The notes below the pieces were generated by a model. The model had not been told where the DNA came from and did no database searches. It saw nothing but the letters and a program-made list of their open reading frames with translations. Shown here in pieces: positions 25,859 to 36,210 of a stretch of 64,000 nt of DNA. A program made the position numbers and the translations under genes. The DNA comes from Lama glama (lineage: Eukaryota): contig CM052817.1 in the NCBI GenBank assembly GCA_028534125.1, forward strand, positions 75,642,001 through 75,706,000, written 5' to 3'. Position 1 is the stretch's first letter. Each line of letters begins with the position of its first letter.

Positions 25859-26508
25859 TGATGCAGGAAAAACATATGTGGGGCGTGAGAAGGGCTGTGT
25901 CCCAGGCTTTGATTGAGCCCTGGGACGTGCCCCATCAAGTGTGGGTCCTTGGCTTCACGCAGGAAAGAATTCAATAGCAAGCCACAGTTGAGTAAAGGTA
26001 GATTTATTCAGAGAGATACATTGAAAGGCAAGAGAAAGGACAAGAGGTGTAGGGGGTTGGGTGCTTAGATTCAAAGTAGGTACACACTCCTTAGACAGAG
26101 TGTGGGCTGTCTCCAAACGGGAGGGGAGTGGTAAGGGGTGGGGAGAGAGAGGCGGTGGCATGAGATACCATGTTGCCAGTTTTTATGGGCTCAGTGGCTT
26201 CATATGCTAGTAAGTGGAAGGACCAGTCTAACTAGTTTGGGGAAGGGGCTGGGATTCCCAGGAAGTTGGCCATTTCCCACTCTTTGACCTTTTGTGGCTA
26301 GCCCTTGGGACTGCCATGGTGCCTGTGGGCATATTATTCACCATGCTAACATATTACAATGGGCGTATAATGAAGCTCAAGATCTACTAGAAGTTAAATC
26401 TCCCACCATCTTGAGCCTCAAGGCCTACTGGGGGTTGAATCTTCCACCATTTTGATGTTAATTGCTGTAGCAGTCCTTGAATGGCTGTGCCCTGCCCCCT
26501 TCCTGTCT
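25859..26508 (-). mobile_element. MER41-like ERV1 solo LTR
   Basis: 4-bp TSD GTTT (25855-25858, 26509-26512). Blocks cacgcaggaaagaattcaa...agatttatt, catatgcta, gactgccatggtgcctgtggg and ccatcttg match antisense MER41. Confidence 0.8.
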
Positions 26509-27835
26509 GTTTTGACTGTCTCTCTCAATTACTGATTCTAATGGCTTCTCTTCTAGATAAGCTGATATTTTCTGTGATTCTCAGTATTTGCCTTTCTTTC
26601 CATTTTTCAGAGTAGTGATTTGCCCTGTGACTTCAATTATCTGATAAATCTAGGAAAAGTTAATGATTTTTAGTTTGATCAGCCTCTTTTTTCTTTCTTT
26701 CTTTCTTTTTTAATTATGAGGATAAGAGTAATGACTTCTAAGCTCTTTACATGTCAGAACAAAAACTGGACCAAAAATTGTTTTAAAGACTGTTTTTCTT
26801 TTTACTTACAGAAGTTAAGCAACATGATAAAATGTTTGATAGACATTTAACTTTCTAACTTTTACTTTCTTTGCTCTAAAGTTCACCCACAAAGCGCCTT
26901 GCTCATTTATTTATGATGTATTAAATTTATACATGTGCTATCAAATAAAATTGACGTATAGTTGTAATATTTATTAAATTACGTCTTAAATTATTGCTAC
27001 TATTTTTCATGGTGTTCTCTTTTTTATTATTATTTATATTAATACAAAGTTCCTGAGTGTTGATTTTATGTTAAATGTATTGTTTGTGAGCAAATAGAAA
27101 TTCAGAGTATAGATTATATGTATATATCCGTTCTATTATGTCAGACTGTCTTGAGAGGATTTGTATTAGTTCTCTTTGGAAATATATTTTAAAAATACCT
27201 TGATATATGCTTAGTTTTAGATCATCTTTGGTAAATCATTAGTCAAGTAATATTATGCACTTCAATATAATCAATAATCATCATGAATTTACAAAAAAAA
27301 CAATACTTTTGACTAAATCAACTTTACTCTGTTTTTCAAGAACTATAATCCATCAGGGAGAATCAAATATTTGTCATTTTAAGTACACTCCAAGTCAACA
27401 TAAAGTTATATTTTTTACAGTGTCTGGCTGTATGCATACTAATAGAAGCACTTAATACACTATGCTTCGGAGATACTGCTTTCATGTCTACTTTCTTATG
27501 TTTGTTATTTTTCTGTGGATACTAATCAATTTTAAATCTTGAGCTGAGAGACTCTGACCTATTATACAGGAGAGTTTTGACAAATAGGTACATTAAAGTG
27601 AAATAATTCACAACTGCCAGTTATTTATAAACAACTCTGTAGCTTCTGGAATATGGCAGAATGCTATCATTCTAAAAGCTACCACCATTAATTTAATAGA
27701 AAATACCATTTTATTTCAATGACAACAGATTAGTTATATTCTTCGACCTTGAAAATTATGGGAAATTGTTCCTATCTTCAGCAAGGTGAAAAAACAAGGA
27801 ACAGTATATTAAAAGTACATATACTCTCACTACAC

Positions 27836-28460
27836 TGTTAGTCCCTTCTTCAAACTGCAGTTAAGCTCTGCGGGAGAACAGGTTCTTGCCTCGTGCAGGA
27901 AAGTATTCAAGAGCAAGGCATGGTAAAGTGTAAGTTTATTTAGAGAGATACACACTCCATAGATCTACTGCAGGCTGTCTCATTCAGAAGGGAAACAGTT
28001 TAGGAGATACACACTCCATAGGCAGAATGTGGGCCATCTCAGAAAGGTGAGAAGCAGAGAAGCTGAGACGTGTGAGGTGTTTAAAGTAGATACACACTCC
28101 ACAGACAGAGCGCGGGCCCTCTCAGAAGGAGAGAGAGGGAGAGGGCAACAGAGCAAGAGTTACCACAGGGTGCAGAGTTGTTAGGTTTTATAGGCTTGGT
28201 AATTTCATATGCTAATGAATAAGAGGATTATTCCAACTACTTTGAGGAAGGGGCAAGGATTTCCAGGAAACCACCCCCACCCACTTTTTGACCTTTTATG
28301 GCCAGCCTGAGAACTGTCATGGCACCTGTGGGTTTGCCATGAGGCTCAAGGTCTACTGGAAGTTGAATTTTCCACCATCTTGGTCCTAACCAGTTTGTCC
28401 TGTCCTCAATGGCTGTCATTCCTTCAGTGGTTGTGCCCTGCCCCCTTTACTCCCACTTCA
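27836..28460 (-). mobile_element. Second MER41-like ERV1 solo LTR
   Basis: TG...CA ends; homologous to 25859-26508 (ggttcttgcctcgtgcaggaaagtattcaag, tttgaccttttatggccagcc, aactgtcatggcacctgtggg, tggttgtgccctgccccc). No clear TSD. Confidence 0.8.
28261..28269. promoter_or_regulatory. GAS (STAT1/3/5-type) motif TTCCAGGAA within the MER41-like LTR
   Basis: Exact TTC-N3-GAA at the position of the second tandem GAS of MER41. The first site is degenerate (TTTGAGGAA, 28241-28249). Function untested. Confidence 0.5.
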
Positions 28461-28644
28461 CTAGTACTACAACAATATCATTCTTTGTCCTTTGTTCTAA
28501 TCTTGATGTCCCCAGTGCAAATGACTCTTCCCCAAATTGCCAAATTTTACCACAATCGGTTAGGAGTGTTGTGGCCTAGATGTTGTCTGACTCTTAAACT
28601 TTATTGTTCCTTGTTATTAATTCATATGGTGTATTTTCATATAT

Positions 28645-29540
28645 TTAAAAAAATGTCCAGCTTTACTGAAGTATAATTTAGAAATAAAATTGTATGCATT
28701 CAAGGTGTATGTCATGATGTTTTGGTATATGTATATGTTATGAAATAACCATGTCAAGTTGATTAACATACTAATCACCTCACATAGTTACTTGTTTGTG
28801 TGTGTGTGTGTGTGTGTGTGTGGTGAGAACACTTAATATTTACTCTTTTAGCAAATTTCAAGTATGTGACTCATTGTTATTAAGTATAATTACCATGCTG
28901 TACATTAGATTCCTGGACCAGTGTTTCTGGAAAAAATAATCTTATTCATCTTCTAACTGAAAGTTTGTATCCTTTGACCAATGTCTCCCCATTTCCCCCA
29001 CCTCTTAGCCCCTAGCAAACAGTGTTCTCCTTTTTTCTTCTTTCAGTTCAACTCTTTTAGATTCTACCTATGAGTGATATCATACAGCATTTTTATTTCT
29101 GTCTATATCATTTCACTTAGCATAATATAGTCCAGGTTCAATTATTCAACTGTTGCAAATGACAAGATTTCCTTCTTTTTTAGGGATGAATAATATTTCA
29201 TTATGTATATGGAATATTATATGCTAATATTCTAATAGTATTATATACTAATATGAAATACTATATGATATTCAATATACATGTACGTGTATGTGTGTGT
29301 GTGTATATATATATGTATGACATTTTCTTTATCCATTAATTTGTTGACTGACACATATGTTTACATATCTTGGCAATGGTGAATAATGTTGCAGTAAACA
29401 CAGGAGTGAAGATATCTCTTTGAGATGCTGATTTTATTTCATTTGAATTTACACCCAAAGTAGGATTGCTGGATCATATGAAAGTTTTTTGTTTTTGTTT
29501 TTGTTTTTATTTTTAAAGGAGTCTCCATACTATTTTTCAT
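28645..29540 (-). mobile_element. L1MA8/9/10-like 3' end
   Basis: ccagctttactgaagtataat...atcacctcacatagttac(tg)n gtgagaacactta...ctgaaagtttgtatcctttgacca...ggattgctggatcatatg. Includes (TG)13 at 28797-28822. Confidence 0.9.
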
Positions 29541-29637
29541 TGTGAATGAGAACAGATTCATTTCTAGCCTTGCCATGTTCTGGTCCTTCAGTCCGAAATA
29601 TCCCAGTATTGGCTATTTTGCTCAATTCTGCACAGCT

Positions 29638-29720
29638 ATATCAGTTAGCTATTACTGTTTAATAAATGGCCCGAAACATAATTGTTTAAATACAAGGATT
29701 GTTTTGGTTTACTACAGTCC
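29638..29720 (-). mobile_element. MaLR (MLT1) LTR terminal fragment
   Basis: tatcagttagctattactgtttaataaatggcccgaaacataattgtttaaa resembles the MLT1 terminus. Confidence 0.45.
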
Positions 29721-30079
29721 TGTGGGACCCATGAATTTGGCTCACTGGGAATTAGAGCCAGGCAATTTAGAGACATTCCCTGGGCAGGGAGGCAGCAGTG
29801 AATGTGAGGCCCCAGACTTGTGCACAAGCCCCTTTCCAGGAGATATGGCCATACCTAGAGAGGCAGAGGGAGAAACCAAAGACTACAGCAATGGGATCCT
29901 GCCCCTCAGGCCACAGCTATAAAGATAAGCTAAAGGCCTCTTTTAGGGAAAGACTGGACCAGTTTCAGCCTGCTGCTTCTGTGCTGGAAGCCTGGGGGTT
30001 AGCCATACTGAGTCTGTGCAAGCCCTTCAATAACTTAGATTAGAGCAAAATAAAATCATCTGCTTTTCCCACTGAAACA
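29721..30079 (+). mobile_element. Putative solo LTR, family unassigned
   Basis: GC-richer block starting TG and ending CA, with TATAAA (29918-29923) and AATAAA (30049-30054) in LTR-like order. Confidence 0.4.
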
Positions 30080-30984
30080 AACAAAGGGAAGAAGGTGTAA
30101 CTACATTTTCTCTTCCTCTGCTCTCCTTAAAGGTGAATATTCTGAGATCAGTGACTATGTATCAATCCTTTCTATATTTTTAAATATTTCAAATGTTTAG
30201 GCTAAATAAGTAAAAAGAGCAACAACAAAAACAAAATATATCCCTTGTGGTCACCAGTGTTAGATTTGTTTAGTTACTACAGTAATATCAGACAAAATGA
30301 CAAGTGTATTCTACAGAATAAAAATTGCATCCTAGTGGTTTTAAAAATGCATATTTAATCTGCAGTGGTAGACAGCTTACTGGAAACAGTAAGCCCAGTT
30401 TTCTGTGAAAATGAAACATTCAGTAGGAAAAGTTTATTAAAACATTCAGTTGACAGATTACTTCTATAACTTTTGTTCTTATTTGTGAGAAACATTTATA
30501 TGGTTATGTTTCTAAAATCTGTAAACCGATATTTTCACACCCAATTAAAATGAGCAAGACAGATTGTTTTTTTGTACACAATAGCATTTTTATGTACTCT
30601 TATTTCTTCATAGACTACTTAGCTGTAAATAATCCATGCAAATAGCAATTAGACCTTTCCTGGTTTATGCCTAAAAGCATAATTGTTATTCAAGGAACAC
30701 AGAAATATTTTTCAAGTAATTTTCTGTATAAAATATGCATATTTAAACCCATATGTTTGAAAGGCTCGGTAAATGACATTTTGAAATGAGCTATAAGAGA
30801 ATTCAGAAAGGTGAATTTCTAGATGTGTCTTTCTTGTGCAGAATCAGGTTAGTAACCTCCACATACTGTAGCAAACAAGACAAAAACCTGTTGAATTTTC
30901 TTTTATTATCTTGAAGAATTATATTATGAAATACATAAAATTTTTCTTCTTAGTTAGAGATAAGAGGGGGAAAAAGATGTTTCC

Positions 30985-31440
30985 CTTAACCACAGTGTAA
31001 TTATAGAAATTAGGAAATTAGCATTGATACTGTACTAGTATCTCATTTGATGACCTAATTAAAATTTTACCCATTGTCCCACTGATGTCACTTGTATAAA
31101 AAACAATCTGGTCCTGCATCCAATCCAGAATTTTACCTTTCATTTAATAATGTTTCTTAGTATGTACTGATAGTTCTTCTGTCTTTTCTTGTCTTCATTA
31201 TCATTTATATTTTGTGGGATGTCCCTCAATTTATACTTGTCTCATGTTTCACCATGATTAGATTCAGGCATTTTTGACAGGAATACCAAGATTTAATGTT
31301 TTATCCTTTTCCAAGAATAATCACAGGAAGGACATAATTTTAATATATATCCTACTACCAGGGATAACTTAGTTTAGATGGTGTCTTTCTAACCTGTGTT
31401 CTGTAAAGTTTTTATCTTTCTATTTCTAATTAATTAAGTC
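30985..31440 (-). mobile_element. L1MC4/5-like 3'UTR
   Basis: aggaaattagcattgatact, ccattgtcccactgatgtc, atccaatccag, tgtgggatgtccctcaattt, catgattagattcagg, tttttgacaggaatacc. Confidence 0.7.
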
Positions 31441-31824
31441 TTTTAGTTAAGTGCTATTCTCAAAGTATAACCAAGATCCATGCTTTATTTGGCCTTGTTA
31501 GGGAGCATCAACAAAAATGTCTTGGAAGATATTATGTCCACTGTACAATTAACCACAAAGACATTGACTTACATTGAATAGACTGAGGTTAAGAGTTATG
31601 CAGCAAGTGATTTCCATAACAGGAGTACAGGCAGAATTTAATGACAGATGCAGGTGAGTTGGAATATTTTCTGAAAGAAAATGAGTTTCTATTCTTCTGT
31701 TATTCTCTATATTTTCTGTAAAATAGATGGCAGTATATTAGCTTGATAAAAGATGGGAGGAGATGGTAGAGATTTAATAAAGGAAAATGGTTATCCTGCA
31801 TATTTTTGAGAGATTGTTGATTTG

Positions 31825-32042
31825 TACTTGACCTTGAACCACACTATGTTTGAACTGGGGAGGGTCTACTCATACGTGGATTTTTCAATAGTAAATGCAG
31901 TACTATATGAACTGTGGTTAGTTGAAACCATGAATGTGGAATCTGGGATATGCAGAGCCCACTATGGGACTTGGGTACTCTCAGAGATTATATCTCTGGT
32001 GGGTCCTAGAACCAATCCCGCATGGATACTAAGGAATGACTA
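31825..32042 (-). mobile_element. MER8/Tigger2-family DNA transposon (TcMar-Tigger)
   Basis: ttgaccttgaaccacactatgtttgaactg...gtctactcatacgtggatttttcaa and gggtcctagaaccaatcccgcatggatactaaggaatgact ends. Confidence 0.75.
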
Positions 32043-32326
32043 ATTTCAACCAGAAATAGAAATTTGACAACCACAAATATAAAAAAAGGTATAGAGGAGC
32101 AAGAAAGTAATTGACCAACCACTGTCTCTATGCATGTAAAGAGAAAGGGAGGAAAATATATGTACAGTGAAGTTTAAAAGGTGGTAGTGTCAATAAATTT
32201 GGTGAAAGTAGTGATGGAATGATATCTGGTATGAGAATACTGGAATAAGTAATTTTGATTAATAAAAGAAGGTTGTCAGTAGTTAAAAGTTTAAAGTAAT
32301 GAACTTGGATGTGATACAGTTATTGA

Positions 32327-32329
<3 letters not shown>

Positions 32330-32367
<38 letters not shown>
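32330..32367. repeat. (TA)19 microsatellite followed by degenerate CA/TA repeats
   Basis: Read directly. Confidence 0.95.
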
Positions 32368-32377
<10 letters not shown>

Positions 32378-32629
32378 TATATAAACATGTATATACTTAT
32401 AAATACTCATACATACATGTATACACACATGCATACAAACACTAGTGTGTGTCAGTAAGACAATTCAAATAAATGATACAGAATGTGAATGGTCTAATGA
32501 CATTTCAATTTTTATTGAAGAAGAAGTAGTAACTAAGTATCCTGGCAGTATCTGTGAGGAGAAAAAAGAAATAAGGAGGAAACGAACCTCACCTACACAC
32601 CTGCAGACCTTATGATCAGTGGGATGAAG

Positions 32630-33184
32630 GAGTTTAATGTAATCCTGCTTGTTTATTTGTGCTTTGGTTGCCCTTGCTTTGGGTGTCAAAACCAAAAAAG
32701 TAATTACCAAGACTAATGTCAAGGAGCTTATCCTCTATGTTGATTTTTATAGAATTTTTATTGTTTCCAGTCTTCTGTTCAAGTCTTTATTCTATTCAGA
32801 GTTGATTTTTGTGATTGGTGTAAGACAGGAGTTCAGTTTCATTTTTTTTTTTTTATGCATGTGGCTGTGGTCCCAACACCATTTATTGAAGAGACTATTC
32901 TTTCTCCCATTGTATATTCTTAGCTCCTTTGTTATAAATTAAACAAGAGTTTACTTCTGGACTAATTAACTATTCTGCTCCTTTGATTTATGTGTCTGTT
33001 TTTATGCCAATACTATACTGTTTTTATTACTATAGCTTTGCAATAGAGTTTGAACTAAGGAAGTGTGATGCTTTCAGCTATGTTCTTCTTTCTCAAGATT
33101 GGTTTGGCTATTTGGGGTCTTTTTTGGTTCTATATTAATTTTAGGATTTTTTTTTTCTATTTCTTTGAAATAGACCATTGGAGT
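32630..33184 (-). mobile_element. L1 (L1MA-like) ORF2 internal fragment lacking a 3' end
   Basis: ORF 32465-32722 begins FLVLTPKARATKAQINKQDYIKL (L1 ORF2); tcccaacaccatttattgaagagact block present. Confidence 0.9.
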
Positions 33185-33591
33185 TTTCCTTAGTCTTCTA
33201 TGAGGCCAGTATCACTGTAATGCCAAAGCCAGATTAAGACATTATAAGAAAGGAAAACTACTGACCAATATCTCTTGTGAACATAGATACAAATATCTTC
33301 AACAAAATGTTAACAAATAAAATCCATTGGTGTATAAAGAGGTTACATACTAAGGCCCATTGAGATATATTCCAGTTATGCAAGAACTGTTTAACATCTG
33401 AAAATCAGTTAATGTAATCTGTCATATTACAGACTAAAGAACAAAAATTATATGATCCTACCAGCTGGTAAGAAAAGCATCTCATACGTTCATGATACAT
33501 GTTCTCAACAAATTAGGACCAGAAGGGAACTTCCCCAACTTGATAAAGAAAATCTACAAAGAAACTTCTAGCTAACATCATATTCCATGGT
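33185..33591 (+). repeat. Inverted duplicate of L1 RT segment 38117-38525
   Basis: Hand alignment to the reverse complement of 38117-38525 gives about 49 differences in ~405 nt (~88% identity), with shared non-consensus changes. Confidence 0.85.
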
Positions 33592-33593
33592 AG

Positions 33594-33611
33594 CCCTAAC
33601 TCTAACCCTAA
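33594..33611 (-). repeat. Short interstitial telomere-like repeat (CCCTAA CTCTAA CCCTAA)
   Basis: 17 of 18 bases match (TTAGGG)3 on the minus strand; it lies directly at the end of the inverted duplicate. Confidence 0.6.
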
Positions 33612-35679
33612 TTAACAGGGATACTAAAATTTGTAAGAAGTTCTGTTTTCTTTATGAGTCTATATCTGAATTCTTAATACAGTAAAATAAAAAAACATTC
33701 AAACAAATTTCAGATGATATATTGTAATGCATTGTCTACTTAAATGTCTAATAATGTAATTTGACTATATTTGAATTACAGAGAATATTTGTCCTCTTAC
33801 TCTTTGGATTTTTACTTTTTTCCACTCTCCACCCATACTTATTGTTGCTTCTTTACCAGTCCCCCTACAGAAACAAATTAATTTCATTATAGCTCAAGAT
33901 ACGAATTTACCTTAATATTCATTACCAGAAGAGGATTCCTACATCTGGTAGCTGCTAATTCAACTCCTAAGTGACCTGTGATTTCCAATGATCCAAGGAA
34001 AACATCCCTGCATGATAAGGATTGCTCTTATTGATGAGCATAAAATCTTATGTCTTAGTAAAATTAGATCTCTGTTAGATTTTCAAGCTCATCATGTAGC
34101 TATGTTTAGAGTATTGAAAGATTAAAATTTATTGCCATGAATTTTACAGAAATGAATTTGGGGGAACTATCTGATAACCTAAGAATGCCACTGTTACAAA
34201 GCTCTTAATTGTTACCTGATTAAAAGTTAATTAAAACATTCAGTTAGCATATTTGTCTTTCTTTGATGTTCTTGTAATCATATTATTGGTATATGAACAG
34301 AATCTGTGCAAAAGCAAAGGCAGACAAAAGTTAGGAGATTTAGAAAACAGTTTAAGCAACATGAATTAGAATTTTTTGTAATTTCCTGTGCTATGCCAGA
34401 TTTTTAATAATTCTCACAAAAAATTAATTTGGAATTTTCTAAGAAATTTGAGTATATTTACTTCTTTGATGAAGCATATGAATGTAAAACTGAACACAAA
34501 GAGTGGACTTTGCTGTACTTTTGACTTCAAGCAGCCAATTACATAATCTTGAAAAGCTGCTAGAGAAACCACCAGAAAAAAGAAAAATAACCCTAGACTA
34601 ATGAGAAACAGAGAAAAGTGGGTAAATAACTCTTGTAACTTTCCATTTATCGCCACTACATCTGTTTCAAGCACTATATTAAATGCATTTGTCTGTTGCC
34701 TTAGTAATTATTATTTAAGGAAGATTAACATAGAAGGAAGAATTGAAACAAAACCAAAAAGGCACATGATAATATTCAACCCAAAAGAAAACACTACTGC
34801 ATACCAAAACAAAAATTCTCAATATATTATTTTAATGTACTTAATTCAGGGAGTTGTAAAAATTGTACAAATCAGCATTTGTCAAAAGTATTAAGCGCAA
34901 TGTATTATGTTCCCCCTGTAGAATAAGCACAAAATATGTGCATCTTTTAAATGTTTACTGTATGAGATGTTATCATCTACTCAAGATTTTTCCTATCCAT
35001 AAAGCATAATATTTAGATAACTAATCATGCTGATGCACTGATTCTGTATTTCAATGCTGTTTCAAATAGAAATTACTTTTTCCAAGTTAACTGTTAGAAA
35101 CATACACTAGCAAAGTAAAATTAGTACTGAGTAAGATTGTACATTTTGTGCAAAAAGAACATTTAGAGAATCATCCCTTGAAGTCATTGTAAAAATCCCC
35201 TTATATGATTTTGCCTTTGGGAAGACATGACATGGAATGTATCTTCCCAGCAAAAAATACAGATATTAACATGTTGTTTTAGGCAGATGTTGTCACAAAT
35301 ATACAGGAAGATTGAGAATATGCTCTGGCCAAGCAGCAGAAATTACTCTCACAGATGAGTAAGCATGCATATAGAACACACTTGTCACCAGCCTTGTATT
35401 TCTGTGTAACAGATAATGCAAAACCATCTGTCCAGTGCAGCAGTTTGCAAGAGGACAACCCAATATACTATTTGATTTCACTGTATTTAAAAATGAAATA
35501 ACAAACAGTATTTCTTAACACAGTTCATTTTTTCTTTAATGTTTGATATGAAGGGCTCTCCAAAATCCTTGACACAATCAGTCATGGAAAAATACATTTA
35601 TAATTCATGATGAAAAACAAAATATCTAGTTTTGACCCAAATGAAAACAAAATTTGTTTTGATTAAACTATTTTATACT

Positions 35680-36210
35680 TTTTTTAAAAATTAACAGACT
35701 TTACTTTTCAGAGCAGTTTTAGGTTTATAGAAAAACTGTGCAACAAGTACAGGGAGTTTCCATATACTGTCTCTTCCTCTGCTCTTAGTTTTCCTATTAT
35801 TAATATTTTGCATTGATATCATACAATTGTTACAATTGAGCCAATATTAATATATTGTTATTAACTAACTTATTAATTACCTTATGTTTCACTCCTTGTA
35901 TTGTACACATCTATGGGCTTTGTCAAATGTATAATGACAGTACTGTACCATACAGAGTGCTGTCACTGCTCTGAAAATCCCCTCCACTCCACCTGTTCAT
36001 CACCCCCTTCTTGCCTCCTCAACCTCTAGCAACTATTGATATTTTTACTCTTTAATAGTTTTGCCTTTTTAAGAATGTTATAAAGTATGTAGCCTTGGAA
36101 TCATACAGTATGTGGCCCTCTCAGATTGGCTTATTTCACTTAGCAATACACATTTAAGATTTTTCCATGAATTTTCATGGCTCGATAACTCATGTCTTTT
36201 TAATCACTGA
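35680..36210 (-). mobile_element. L1MC-like 3'UTR
   Basis: agactttacttttcagagcagttttaggtttatagaaaaactg...gagccaatattaatatattg...tcagattggcttatttcacttagcaata. Confidence 0.85.

Larger units (their letters stand above)
20085..26770 (-). mobile_element. Near full-span L1MC/L1MD-like element with internal deletions, hosting two LTR insertions
   Basis: 3'UTR (gagccaatactgataaattatgattaactaaa, gggttttgacaaatgtgtaatgtcatgtattcaccattg); ORF2 pieces (NGEKLDAFSLRS, ORF 22154-22354); ORF1 pieces (QIQEPQEISSRIN, ORF 24079-24324); 5' terminus cttctaagctctttacatgtcagaacaaaaactgga at ~26735-26770. Confidence 0.85.
31600..32625 (-). mobile_element. L2 LINE fragment interrupted by a MER8-like element and a (TA)n tract
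   Basis: Purine-rich L2-like sequence (gatgcaggtgagttgg...ttctctatattttctgtaaaatagatggcag...gatacagttattg). Confidence 0.5.

Noticed and set aside
27946..28101. Spaced 14-bp direct repeats as a CRISPR-like array
   Set aside because: Only three copies, the spacers are homologous to each other, it lies inside a mammalian LTR, and there are no cas genes.
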